Shown here: in pieces, positions 55,628-64,000 of the stretch
How positions within the stretch are numbered: the stretch's first letter is position 1
How the letters are laid out: each line of letters opens with the position of its first letter
DNA from: an uncultured Oligoflexia bacterium
Lineage (GTDB): Bacteria > Bdellovibrionota > UBA1018 > CAYHWW01
Length of the DNA stretch: 64,000 nucleotides
Reading direction: 5' to 3'
Assembly (NCBI GenBank): GCA_964475985.1
Contig: CAYYYP010000005.1
Span: forward strand, 15,269-79,268
Translations under genes and position numbers: made by a program
The notes under the pieces: generated by a model
Database searches by the model: none
What the model saw: the letters and a program-made list of their open reading frames with translations, nothing else
Told to the model about the DNA's origin: nothing

Positions 55628-56299
55628 ATGCGCATCTCACTTCATGCTATTCAGACTGAACCCCATAAGTTCACTTTTGATACCATCACCAATACCGCTC
55701 ACCGCGAAACTCACTCGGAAGATGGCCACCGGCAAAATCACGAACTCAATCCCCATTGGTTAGCCCAGCTCATTTCCCAAATTGAAGCTGCGGAAAAAGG
55801 GGATGACGCCAAAAAAGATCAAACAGGCCCCGTAAAAGCCCACCTGGAAGTTCAAATTGTAAAACAAGAAGGATTTTGGGTTTTAGACGGAACCTTCTCC
55901 GGACAAATTCACCTTCTTTGCGCTCGCTGTGCCGAAGTTTTTGCCCAATCTCTAACGTTTAGCTTTCGCACGCTTCTTTCCCGAGGTTCGGAAGACTCCT
56001 CTGGCCTAGGATTAGGAAGTGCCCCCGGAGGCGCCCACACTTTAGGGGCCAGGGAGCAAGCAGAAGGTGAAGAGCTTCGTGAGGTCGACATCGAGTTTTT
56101 GGATGATGAATGGCTTGAGATGAATCACATCCTACGTGAGCAGATCTATTTAAAAATTCCTTTTCAACCGCTTTGTGATGAGGCATGTAAAGGACTTTGC
56201 GTGACGTGTGGGCAGAATAAAAACAAGTCTCCCTGTCAATGTCACCGGCTGAAGGTAGGTTCCTTAGGCTTAGCCCTGAAAGAAACCCTCAAGTTTTAG
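55628..56299 (+). CDS. yceD: DUF177 protein YceD (large-subunit rRNA accumulation protein)
   Basis: The C-terminal CxxC...CxGLCxxCGxNxNxxxCxC pattern (CDEACKGLCVTCGQNKNKSPCQC). It sits immediately upstream of rpmF. Confidence 0.75.
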   Translation: MRISLHAIQTEPHKFTFDTITNTAHRETHSEDGHRQNHELNPHWLAQLISQIEAAEKGDDAKKDQTGPVKAHLEVQIVKQEGFWVLDGTFSGQIHLLCARCAEVFAQSLTFSFRTLLSRGSEDSSGLGLGSAPGGAHTLGAREQAEGEELREVDIEFLDDEWLEMNHILREQIYLKIPFQPLCDEACKGLCVTCGQNKNKSPCQCHRLKVGSLGLALKETLKF

Positions 56300-56370
56300 T
56301 TCGGGCAAAAAGTTTTAAAAGTTCGATAGGTTTTATAAGTAGTATTTTTTTAAGTAATGAGGAGTAACCC

Positions 56371-56568
56371 ATGGCAGTTCCTAAGAAAAAAGTTTCCCCC
56401 AGCCGTCGTAATACACGTAGACAATTCTACGAACTCAAACCTGAAGGTTATATCTCTTGCCCTAACTGTCTTGAGCTCAAACGACCACATCGTATTTGTA
56501 AAGCTTGCGGCAACTACAATGGCAGGCAAGTGATCACCGTTGCTTCAGCTGAAAAGTCTGAAAATTAA
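56371..56568 (+). CDS. rpmF: 50S ribosomal protein L32
   Basis: MAVPKKKVSPSRRNTRRQ... with a zinc-ribbon CPNC...CKAC. There is a GAGGAG RBS upstream. Confidence 0.9.
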   Translation: MAVPKKKVSPSRRNTRRQFYELKPEGYISCPNCLELKRPHRICKACGNYNGRQVITVASAEKSEN

Positions 56569-56586
56569 TTTAAATCTAAATCATTT

Positions 56587-57588
56587 TTGATGAAACTTAG
56601 AGAGCTCTTAGACAAGAACCGTCGGGGCGAAAAATTAGCTCTCCTATTTCCAGGGCAAGGTTCCCAAGTCCTAGGGATGGGCAAAGATTTTTATACTGAC
56701 TTTCATATCGCCCGAGTGGTGTTTGAAGAAGCTAGCGATGTCTTGGGATTCAATGTCAAAAAGTTATGTTTTGATGGTCCGTTCGAAGACCTGACGCTCA
56801 CCGAAAACCTGCAACCATCTTTAGTAACGGTAGAGATCGCCATTTGGCGCTGCTTAAAACACGAATTTGCGCCAAATATTTCATTTTATGCCGGTCATTC
56901 CTTAGGTGAATATTCGGCGTTGGTGGCCGCAGAAAGCTTAAGTTTGGCGGATGCCTTAAGGCTAACCAATTTGCGCGGAAAGGCCATGCAGCAGGCTGTG
57001 CCGCCGGGAGATGGCGCCATGGCAGCATTACTAGGGCTAGATCTCGCACAAGAAAAGCTAGTGGAGCAACTCTGCGCAACCATTTCCCAAAATGAAAAAG
57101 AACTCTTGGTCTCCGTTGCGAACTACAATGCTCCCGGGCAGATCGTAGTAGCGGGACGCGCCAATGGCATTAAGCAGCTATTGGCTGAAATCAAATTAAT
57201 TCCGGAAATCAGCCGAACAAAATCCATAATGCTTCCCGTGAGCGCTCCCTTCCACTGTGAACTCATGGAGCCCGCAAAAAAAGCTTTAGAAAATCCTGTA
57301 GCAGAAGTTGCATTTTTTGCGCCAAATGCTCCGGTATTACAGAACGTTACCGCAAAACCCACGAACCGGGTTTCTGAATTAAGCATGGGCTTACTTAAGC
57401 AAATAACGGCACCGGTGCTGTGGCGCCAAACCCTTGAGTGTTTAAAAAATGAAAAAGTAAGTTTTGCTTTGGAAGTCGGGCCGGGCCAGGTTTTGAGTGG
57501 TTTACTTAAGCGGTCAGCCCCAGAGATTTCTTGTGTGAGCGTCAACTCCATGAAAGTGTTTTGCCAAGATGGAAGATCAGAAAACTAG
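56587..57588 (+). CDS. fabD: malonyl CoA-ACP transacylase
   Basis: LLFPGQGSQ and the active-site GHSLGEYSA. Confidence 0.9.
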   Translation: MMKLRELLDKNRRGEKLALLFPGQGSQVLGMGKDFYTDFHIARVVFEEASDVLGFNVKKLCFDGPFEDLTLTENLQPSLVTVEIAIWRCLKHEFAPNISFYAGHSLGEYSALVAAESLSLADALRLTNLRGKAMQQAVPPGDGAMAALLGLDLAQEKLVEQLCATISQNEKELLVSVANYNAPGQIVVAGRANGIKQLLAEIKLIPEISRTKSIMLPVSAPFHCELMEPAKKALENPVAEVAFFAPNAPVLQNVTAKPTNRVSELSMGLLKQITAPVLWRQTLECLKNEKVSFALEVGPGQVLSGLLKRSAPEISCVSVNSMKVFCQDGRSEN

Positions 57589-58384
57589 ACAGGCCCTCGT
57601 CACCGGCGGCTCCCGAGGTATCGGAAAAGCCATCGTTTTATCTCTAGCAAGCCAAGGTTTTGATGTGGCGTTTACCTATCGTTCTAGGGAAGCCGAAGCC
57701 GCCCAAACCGTGCTGGAAGCAAAGGCCCTGGCCATGGGCACTTGTACCACCAAAGTGAGCATTCAGGGTCAATCCTCAACCACGCGCGAAAGCCCGCAGA
57801 TCAAAGCTTATCCCTGCGATCTCATTCAAACGGATGCCATAGATGCAGCGCTGGAACCCATTCAGCGGGACTTTCCTAATATTAGCGCAGTTATAAATAA
57901 TGCAGGTTTAGTATCCGATGGTCTAAGCCTTCGTTATAAACTATCGGAGTGGGAAAAAGTCTTTGCGGCCAATGTCACTGGAGCTTTTTTAGTAAGTCAG
58001 TACTTTTTACGTGCCATGCTTAAGGCACGTGAGGGGCAAATTATTTTTATTGGTAGTATCGTAGGATCAACCGGCAATCCTGGACAAGTGGCTTACTCAG
58101 CTTCGAAGGCGGCACTTACGGGAATGGCAAAAAGCTTAGCCCTCGAAACGGCTTCTCGGAACATCCGCGTAAATGTCATATCGCCTGGCTTCATAAAAAC
58201 AGAACTTACAGAAGTGTTAACGGAAGAACTTAAAAGTAAGATCATGGATCAAATTCCCATGAAAAAATGGGGAACCGGAGAAGACATTGCAGGATGCGTT
58301 GAATTCTTATTAAGTGCAAAAGCCCAGTACATTACGGGCCAGGTGTTGCATATCAACGGCGGAATGTTTACCGGATCCATTTAA
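57569..58384 (+). CDS. fabG: 3-oxoacyl-ACP reductase
   Basis: ALVTGGSRGIGKAI, the catalytic YSASKAAL and NAG. It carries a roughly 20-aa insertion (MGTCTTKVSIQGQSSTTRESPQ) relative to canonical FabG. Confidence 0.85.
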   Translation: MEDQKTRQALVTGGSRGIGKAIVLSLASQGFDVAFTYRSREAEAAQTVLEAKALAMGTCTTKVSIQGQSSTTRESPQIKAYPCDLIQTDAIDAALEPIQRDFPNISAVINNAGLVSDGLSLRYKLSEWEKVFAANVTGAFLVSQYFLRAMLKAREGQIIFIGSIVGSTGNPGQVAYSASKAALTGMAKSLALETASRNIRVNVISPGFIKTELTEVLTEELKSKIMDQIPMKKWGTGEDIAGCVEFLLSAKAQYITGQVLHINGGMFTGSI

Positions 58385-58487
58385 GAGCGAGTAATAGCTT
58401 ATGATTTTCTTCACAAGTGCAGACTTGCTCTAACGCTTCTTTTGAGGAAGAAATAAGGGAAGTTAAAATCTTTTGAAAGGGATACCT

Positions 58488-58760
58488 ATGACTATGGCTG
58501 GAGCTACTACCGCAGGAAATACCGAAGAACGTGTAAGAAATATTATCTGTGATCAACTCGCCGTTGAGCCAGAAAAAGTAACCACCACTGCAAGTTTCAT
58601 TGATGATCTAGGCGCCGATAGCCTAGACATTGTTGAGCTCGTGATGACCATGGAAGAAGAATTTGACATGGAAATTCCCGACGAAGAGGCAGAAAAACTT
58701 CGTACCGTTGGCGATGTTGTTCGATACATCACAACAAAGGCCCCAGCCGTTTCGTCATAA
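58488..58760 (+). CDS. acpP: acyl carrier protein
   Basis: The DSLD phosphopantetheine-site motif ([13 protein letters not shown]). It has a roughly 10-aa N-terminal extension, [10 protein letters not shown], before the conserved EERVRNII. Confidence 0.85.
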   Translation: MTMAGATTAGNTEERVRNIICDQLAVEPEKVTTTASFIDDLGADSLDIVELVMTMEEEFDMEIPDEEAEKLRTVGDVVRYITTKAPAVSS

Positions 58761-58768
58761 ACAACCCA

Positions 58769-60040
58769 ATGACAAAACGTATCGTAGTTACGGGCATCGG
58801 TTTGGTGACGCCCCTGGGCCTCAATCGCGAAACGACTTGGGGAAATATTATTGAAGGTAAGTCAGCGGGTGGGCCCATCACGAGGTTTGACGCCAAAAAC
58901 CTTCCGGTTCGTATTGCGGCGGAGGTGAAGGGCTTTCAGCCAGAGCTCTTCATGCCGGCAAAAGAGGTGAGGCGCCATGGGCTATTTACACAATACTCCC
59001 TTGCGGCAACCCACGAGGCATTGCTTGACGCAGGCTTTCCTACGCGGCTGGACGATGATCTAGGTGCCCGAACGGGCGTTACCGTTTCTTCCGGCATGGG
59101 AGGCCTTCCGGAAATTCAGTACTGGGACCGCGAACTTCAGGCCGAAGATGCCAAACCCAGAATCAGAAAAGTCACCTCGCCATTTTTTGTGCCGATGATC
59201 ATTCCAAATCTTGCGGCCGGGCAAATTAGCATCAGTGCGAATTGTCATGGACCCAATATATGTATTGTCACGGCCTGCGCCACCTCGGCCCATTCCATTG
59301 GCGAGGCCGCCCGTTACATTAAAGATGGTTATGCCGACGTCATGATTGCCGGCGGAACCGAAGCCGTGATTTCCGAACTGGGCATTTGCGGATTCGCTTC
59401 AATGAAAGCCTTAAGCACGAGAAATGACGACCCGGCCACTGCATCCAGACCCTACGATAAAAAGCGCGACGGTTTTTTGATGGGCGAAGGTGCCGCGGTT
59501 TTAATTTTAGAATCTGAAGAACACGCCCTAAAACGAGGGTGCAAAAAAATTTACGGCGAGGTTGCAGGTTACGGATTAAACGGCGACGCGCACCATGTTA
59601 CGGCGCCCTCCCCCGCAGGCGAAGGTGCTGAGGCCTGTATGCGCATGGCACTGCGAAACGCAAATATGGATCCTTCTGAAATACATTATGTGAACAGTCA
59701 CGGGACTTCCACAACCTTGGGTGATCTACAAGAAGTGCAGGCCATTTCACGAGTTTTTGCCGAAACAAAAAACTCCTTGCATGTGAGCTCCACCAAAAGC
59801 ATGACCGGGCATTTGTTAGGGGCGGCGGGAGCTTTTGAATTTGCCGTTTGTTTGCTCGCCATTCGCGACGGGATCGCTCCCCCCACCATCAATTTGGACG
59901 AACCGGATGATGTGATACAGGCCACGGGGCTTTGCCTTACTCCAAAACGGCCCGTCAAAAAGACAATCCACGCGGCTCTTAGTAATTCCTTTGGTTTTGG
60001 TGGAACCAACGCTTGTCTGATTGCTAAAAAATACGTTTAG
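58769..60040 (+). CDS. fabF: 3-oxoacyl-ACP synthase II
   Basis: 423 aa. The catalytic Cys is in TACATSAHSIG, with HGTSTTLGD and GHLLGAAG. Confidence 0.9.
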   Translation: MTKRIVVTGIGLVTPLGLNRETTWGNIIEGKSAGGPITRFDAKNLPVRIAAEVKGFQPELFMPAKEVRRHGLFTQYSLAATHEALLDAGFPTRLDDDLGARTGVTVSSGMGGLPEIQYWDRELQAEDAKPRIRKVTSPFFVPMIIPNLAAGQISISANCHGPNICIVTACATSAHSIGEAARYIKDGYADVMIAGGTEAVISELGICGFASMKALSTRNDDPATASRPYDKKRDGFLMGEGAAVLILESEEHALKRGCKKIYGEVAGYGLNGDAHHVTAPSPAGEGAEACMRMALRNANMDPSEIHYVNSHGTSTTLGDLQEVQAISRVFAETKNSLHVSSTKSMTGHLLGAAGAFEFAVCLLAIRDGIAPPTINLDEPDDVIQATGLCLTPKRPVKKTIHAALSNSFGFGGTNACLIAKKYV

Positions 60041-60060
60041 TTTTTGAGGGGAAGCCTAAT

Positions 60061-60498
60061 ATGGCCCGTGCACTTTTTATTGGATCCGATCATGCAGGCT
60101 ACGAACTCAAACAGAGTTTGATGCATCACCTATCTAAACAATATTTCATTCAAGACCTAGGGTGCTTCTCAAAAGACTCGGTAGATTATCCAGACTACGC
60201 CCATAAAGTTGCGGAGCTAGTGGCCGAAACCCCCGATGCCGTAGGTATCCTGATCTGCGGCTCAGGCATTGGTATGAGTATCGTTGCCAATAAAGTCCGG
60301 GGTGTGAGGGCTGCGTGCTGTGAATCACTGCAAACTGCCGTACTGAGCCGACAACATAACAATGCAAACATTATTTGTTTAGGAGAGCGCATCATTTCGG
60401 AGACCTTAGCGCTTGAAATGGTGAAGGCCTGGCTCACGACTTCATTTGAGGGTGGGCGACACGAGAAGCGTATCAAAAAAATTCAGGAACTGGAGTAA
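60061..60498 (+). CDS. rpiB: ribose-5-phosphate isomerase B
   Basis: 145 aa with GSDHAGYELK and ICGSGIGMSIVANK. Confidence 0.85.
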   Translation: MARALFIGSDHAGYELKQSLMHHLSKQYFIQDLGCFSKDSVDYPDYAHKVAELVAETPDAVGILICGSGIGMSIVANKVRGVRAACCESLQTAVLSRQHNNANIICLGERIISETLALEMVKAWLTTSFEGGRHEKRIKKIQELE

Positions 60499-60501
60499 TC
60501 A

Positions 60502-61803
60502 ATGACAAACTCAAGCTCGCATAAAACCCATGGCGATCAGCCCCACGGCAGCAAAAATCACGGTCACCGTATTTTAGATAAAGAAATCTCGCATTGGGTA
60601 AACAAAGAGGAGCAGCGTCAAAGGGAAGGGCTCGAGCTCATTGCTTCAGAAAATTATGTCTCGGACTCCGTTCTGGCCGCCCAGGGCAGTGTACTTACGA
60701 ATAAGTATGCGGAAGGTTATCCCGGTAAACGGTATTATGGCGGCTGCGAATTCGTGGACGAAGTTGAGTCCTTGGCCTTGGCCCGAGTGAAACGGCTTTT
60801 TGGTGCGGAAGCCGCCAATGTGCAACCCCACAGCGGCTCTCAAGCAAACATGGCGGTTTACCTTTCCTTCATGAAACCGGGCGACAAAATGTTAGGTATG
60901 AACCTAAGCCATGGTGGCCACCTTACCCATGGGAGTGGTGTGAACTTTTCTGGAAAACTTTTCCAGACCGCTTTTTACGGCGTGCAGCCAGAAACCGGCC
61001 TTATTGATTACGATCAACTCAGGGATATTGCGATCAAGGAGAAACCCCAGGCCTTGGTGGCTGGCGCTTCGGCCTATCCGCGCATTATCGACTTTCATAA
61101 GTTCAAATCCATTGCCAAGGAGGTCGGGGCTAAACTCGTAGTGGATATGGCCCACATTGCAGGCCTGGTTGCCGCGGGCTTTCACCCCTCCCCTGTGGGT
61201 CATGCTGACTTTGTCACCAGCACGACCCATAAGACCCTTCGTGGGCCTCGAGGTGGGCTTATCCTTTGTGGTAATGAAAACCTAAAGTCCATCAACAGCC
61301 TTATTTTTCCTGGCATTCAGGGCGGCCCCCTAATGCACGTCATCGCGGCTAAGGCCGTCTCCTTTGGCGAAGCACTTCAACCTGAGTTCAAAATTTACTG
61401 CCAACAAATTTTATTGAATTCAAGGGCCCTTGCCGATGTGCTTTTGGAACATGATTATCGGTTAGTCTCGGGAGGCACCGACAATCACTTAGTATTGGTG
61501 GACCTGCGAAACAAGGGCCTAACAGGCAAAGAAGCCGAAGAAGCGCTTGGCAAGGCTGGAATTACCGTAAATAAGAACGCCGTTCCGTTTGATACCCAAA
61601 GCCCTTTTATTACGAGCGGGATTCGCATTGGCGTACCGGCCATTACCACTCGAGGGTTTAAAGAAGCTCAGACGAAACAAGTGGCCACGTGGATTCATCA
61701 AGCACTTTCGCACCATAAAGAAGATGGTTATTTGAACAAGCTTCGTCAGGACGTTCGGGAGTTCAGTACGGAGTATCCGCTTTTTAATGGACGCTCAAGT
61801 TAG
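60502..61803 (+). CDS. glyA: serine hydroxymethyltransferase
   Basis: [11 protein letters not shown], the PLP-Lys region [14 protein letters not shown]. It has a roughly 20-aa His-rich N-terminal extension. Confidence 0.9.
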   Translation: MTNSSSHKTHGDQPHGSKNHGHRILDKEISHWVNKEEQRQREGLELIASENYVSDSVLAAQGSVLTNKYAEGYPGKRYYGGCEFVDEVESLALARVKRLFGAEAANVQPHSGSQANMAVYLSFMKPGDKMLGMNLSHGGHLTHGSGVNFSGKLFQTAFYGVQPETGLIDYDQLRDIAIKEKPQALVAGASAYPRIIDFHKFKSIAKEVGAKLVVDMAHIAGLVAAGFHPSPVGHADFVTSTTHKTLRGPRGGLILCGNENLKSINSLIFPGIQGGPLMHVIAAKAVSFGEALQPEFKIYCQQILLNSRALADVLLEHDYRLVSGGTDNHLVLVDLRNKGLTGKEAEEALGKAGITVNKNAVPFDTQSPFITSGIRIGVPAITTRGFKEAQTKQVATWIHQALSHHKEDGYLNKLRQDVREFSTEYPLFNGRSS

Positions 61804-61828
61804 AGAATGTTAGACCCCGGCTTCTTTT

Positions 61829-62425
61829 ATGGATCAGACTCAGCTTAGTAGAAAACATGCTCGGGAATTAGCGTTCCAATTTCTTTTCAGTCAATCTCCT
61901 TTGAAGCAGGATCTGCCCAAGGAAGCCCCCAAGGGGGAAAATGCGTCTGAGAATGAAGCGGAAGTTTACAGCAAAGGTGCTTTTCTCACGTCCAAGAAAG
62001 CCCGTGGGTTAGGCTTGGCAAAAAATTCAGAGGCACCCAAAACTCCCGAAGCAATCCAGGACCAGGCGTTTTCCGATTTTGTTTCATTTTGCGAAAACTT
62101 CAGTCCGTCTTGTTTTAAAGAGCTGCGAGTGGAAGCACACGAAGAGATGAGAAATTATGCCATTGAAATCGTAAAGGGTGTTCTCACGGGGCAAACGCAT
62201 TTGGATCAGGAGATTTCAAAGGTTTCAAAAAACTGGCGGATTGAACGTATGCCGCGGGTCGATTTAGCCTTACTAAGGCTTGCCACATTTGAAATTTTTT
62301 ATCGGCCGGAGATTCCTAAAAGTGTCACCATCAACGAGGCGGTTGAGCTCGCCAAAAGATTTGGGACCGAAGGCAGCGCTAGTTTTGTAAACGGGATTTT
62401 AGATCAGTTTCAAAAGGTAGAATAA
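61829..62425 (+). CDS. nusB: transcription antitermination factor NusB, with a roughly 60-aa low-complexity insertion
   Basis: An N-terminal ARELAFQFLFS and a C-terminal NusB core (RMPRVDLALLRLATFEIFY...INEAVELAKRFGTEGSASFVNGILD). Confidence 0.7.
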   Translation: MDQTQLSRKHARELAFQFLFSQSPLKQDLPKEAPKGENASENEAEVYSKGAFLTSKKARGLGLAKNSEAPKTPEAIQDQAFSDFVSFCENFSPSCFKELRVEAHEEMRNYAIEIVKGVLTGQTHLDQEISKVSKNWRIERMPRVDLALLRLATFEIFYRPEIPKSVTINEAVELAKRFGTEGSASFVNGILDQFQKVE

Positions 62426-62462
62426 ACTTCGCACTTGAAATCTTGTCTGCCATGATGGGCGC

Positions 62463-62933
62463 ATGGCTTCAACCACTCAGAAAACACCTAACCCACCAAC
62501 CGCCATCAAAAAAACTGAAGGGACGGAAACCCTCTCCCTAAATGAACTCTGGTTATGGGAACGCCCGAGCTATATTTTGGCGTTTATCTCCGAAACGCCA
62601 TCGGCCGAGCCCGTGAGCCCCCAAATGATCCTCGATCACCGATTAAACGGTGCCATCTCTAAATGGCGTTCCGCCGCTACCCCGGGCGGGCAATGGACAT
62701 ACTTACCGATTTTTCGGGACGAACGGGCCCGTCACCTCCTTATTTTTGGCATGGCCGGCAAAGGGGACCGAGTAGAGTCTGCCGACATTGATAAAGTGCG
62801 TCAGACCCTTCTAAAATTAAAAGTAAATGAAATCGCTTTGGTTTGTTCCGACCCGAAAATGGAAGGACAGATGGGGCGAGATTTACGCCGCGCTCTAAAG
62901 GGAGTCTCCGTTTTTGAAACCAAACCATTCTGA
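62463..62933 (+). CDS. hypothetical protein
   Basis: 156 aa ORF. No domain recognised. Confidence 0.35.
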   Translation: MASTTQKTPNPPTAIKKTEGTETLSLNELWLWERPSYILAFISETPSAEPVSPQMILDHRLNGAISKWRSAATPGGQWTYLPIFRDERARHLLIFGMAGKGDRVESADIDKVRQTLLKLKVNEIALVCSDPKMEGQMGRDLRRALKGVSVFETKPF

Positions 62934-63381
62934 CCTCATGGCCTTTGCGGAAGCACTTCGAAAAGATTCTTTTACGGCATTGTTTCAAACTCAAAACGTA
63001 TCCTTTGCGGCGCCGCTACATCCGTTGTTTTTGGAGAATCATTTTTTAGCTCCGGTGCTTGAGAAAAATCTGACGGCGGCGTTGCAACCTGCTCATCCCA
63101 TGGCCCACGTGGCCGCCGCCCCCCAGAAACCTTCCGTAAAAAAAGCGGTCGCCGAACCGGTAGCAGCCCTGGCGCTCCTAGCCGCGCAGCCTAGGGCAGA
63201 GTTGCACACCAAACGCTTTCAAGAATTATTGGAAGAGTACAACCAAACTTCACGAAAAAAACTCACCACGAGCTTTCGTGCAAGCCAACAAATGCAGGTG
63301 CAGAACCCCGAGCTCGTGCAGCGCATCGAACTTCCGGAAATTCCGGGAAAGATCCTGCGGCCCCTTGCCAGCCGCGCTTAA
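62914..63381 (+). CDS. hypothetical protein
   Basis: 155 aa ORF, Ala/Pro-rich in the middle. No domain recognised. Confidence 0.3.
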   Translation: MKPNHSDLMAFAEALRKDSFTALFQTQNVSFAAPLHPLFLENHFLAPVLEKNLTAALQPAHPMAHVAAAPQKPSVKKAVAEPVAALALLAAQPRAELHTKRFQELLEEYNQTSRKKLTTSFRASQQMQVQNPELVQRIELPEIPGKILRPLASRA

Positions 63382-63401
63382 ATTGGGTGAGTTAGCCGGT
63401 A

Positions 63402-64000
63402 ATGGCAACTTCCCAAAACTCAAAGCTCTTAGAAATTACCGATCCCTTTGATGGAAAAGTCCTAGGTGAAATACCTTGGGCCGAAGACCGCGAAATTGAA
63501 ACTGCGCTTGAGCGTGCGCAAGCGGCTTTTCTTGTTTGGAAACATTCAACCGCCTATGACCGAAGCCTACTTTTAAAATGCATGGCCGAAGAACTAAATA
63601 ATAATCGTTTAGATACAGAAAATGGAATCATTGACTTGATTTGCCGGGAGGCTGGTAAACCTCTTACTTTTGCGACCATCGAGACCGATCGCGCCCTGGG
63701 AGTTCTAGAATGGGCGCGGGCCGAAGCTTTGCGTTTTTCCGGGGAAACCCTAAGGCTTGACACTACGAAAACCGGACGGGAGGGTTTTGGCATCGTTCAG
63801 AGGTTTCCCAGGGGAGTCATTTTAGGAATTACCCCATTTAATTTTCCCCTAAACCTTTTGATTCACAAAGTGGCGCCGGCCCTTGCATCCGGAAATTGCA
63901 TTTTAGTAAAGCCCTCGCCCTTTACGCCACTGACGGCAAAAAAAATGGAAGGATTTTTTCTTACCGCTTTGGAAAAGGCCGAGGCCCAGGGGTTTAGTGA
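63402..64000 (+). CDS. aldehyde dehydrogenase family protein, N-terminal part (runs off the window edge)
   Basis: The ATG at 63402 is open to the end of the window. The translation, ...GILGITPFNFPLNLLIHKVAPALASGNCILVKPSP, is the ALDH NAD-binding region pattern. Confidence 0.7.
   Translation, partial: MATSQNSKLLEITDPFDGKVLGEIPWAEDREIETALERAQAAFLVWKHSTAYDRSLLLKCMAEELNNNRLDTENGIIDLICREAGKPLTFATIETDRALGVLEWARAEALRFSGETLRLDTTKTGREGFGIVQRFPRGVILGITPFNFPLNLLIHKVAPALASGNCILVKPSPFTPLTAKKMEGFFLTALEKAEAQGFS

Noticed and set aside
63554-63793. 79-aa minus-strand ORF
   Set aside because: It lies antisense inside the aldehyde dehydrogenase N-terminal coding region, which has clear ALDH motifs.
1-64000. 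Mobile elements, CRISPR arrays, tRNA/rRNA genes
   Set aside because: I scanned the intergenic regions (14393-14520, 31455-31599, 50241-50421, 53071-53176, 55544-55628 and others). I found no cloverleaf-like tRNA candidates, no arrays of spaced direct repeats, and no transposase, integrase or recombinase ORFs. Only the short repeats noted above are present.

Overview
This is a 64 kb window of bacterial chromosome at about 50% GC and high coding density. The protein set (Mla-type transport, a fused CcsBA, many secreted or lipoprotein ORFs, and several HD-GYP, PilZ and GAF c-di-GMP proteins) suggests a Gram-negative, possibly Bdellovibrio-like organism; that placement is inference. Reading the six frames by eye I recognise, in order: a partial leuS; three hypothetical proteins; a GAF-HD-GYP phosphodiesterase; psd; topA; apt; a fused CcsB-CcsA system-II cytochrome c synthase; a tandem SRPBCC protein; a TlpA-like thioredoxin; bioY; rpsT; holA; lptE; a second HD-GYP protein; a 12 kb Pel-like exopolysaccharide operon on the minus strand; a DciA-like gene; mlaD, mlaF and mlaE; alr; nadB; pyrE; an alpha/beta hydrolase; a GYF(DUF4339)x2-PilZ c-di-GMP effector; scoA, scoB and a thiolase; yceD-rpmF-fabD-fabG-acpP-fabF; rpiB; glyA; nusB; and a partial aldehyde dehydrogenase. 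I saw no tRNA or rRNA, no CRISPR array, and no transposase or integrase. The most interesting region is the pel-like locus, which has a non-canonical architecture. The PelA hydrolase (GH114-like) module appears to be detached and fused to the C-terminus of PelG. PelC is absent. Two soluble proteins sit where PelE would be. An HD-GYP phosphodiesterase gene is packed 13 bp downstream of pelG and ahead of lptE-holA. All homology calls rest on remembered motifs, not on database searches.
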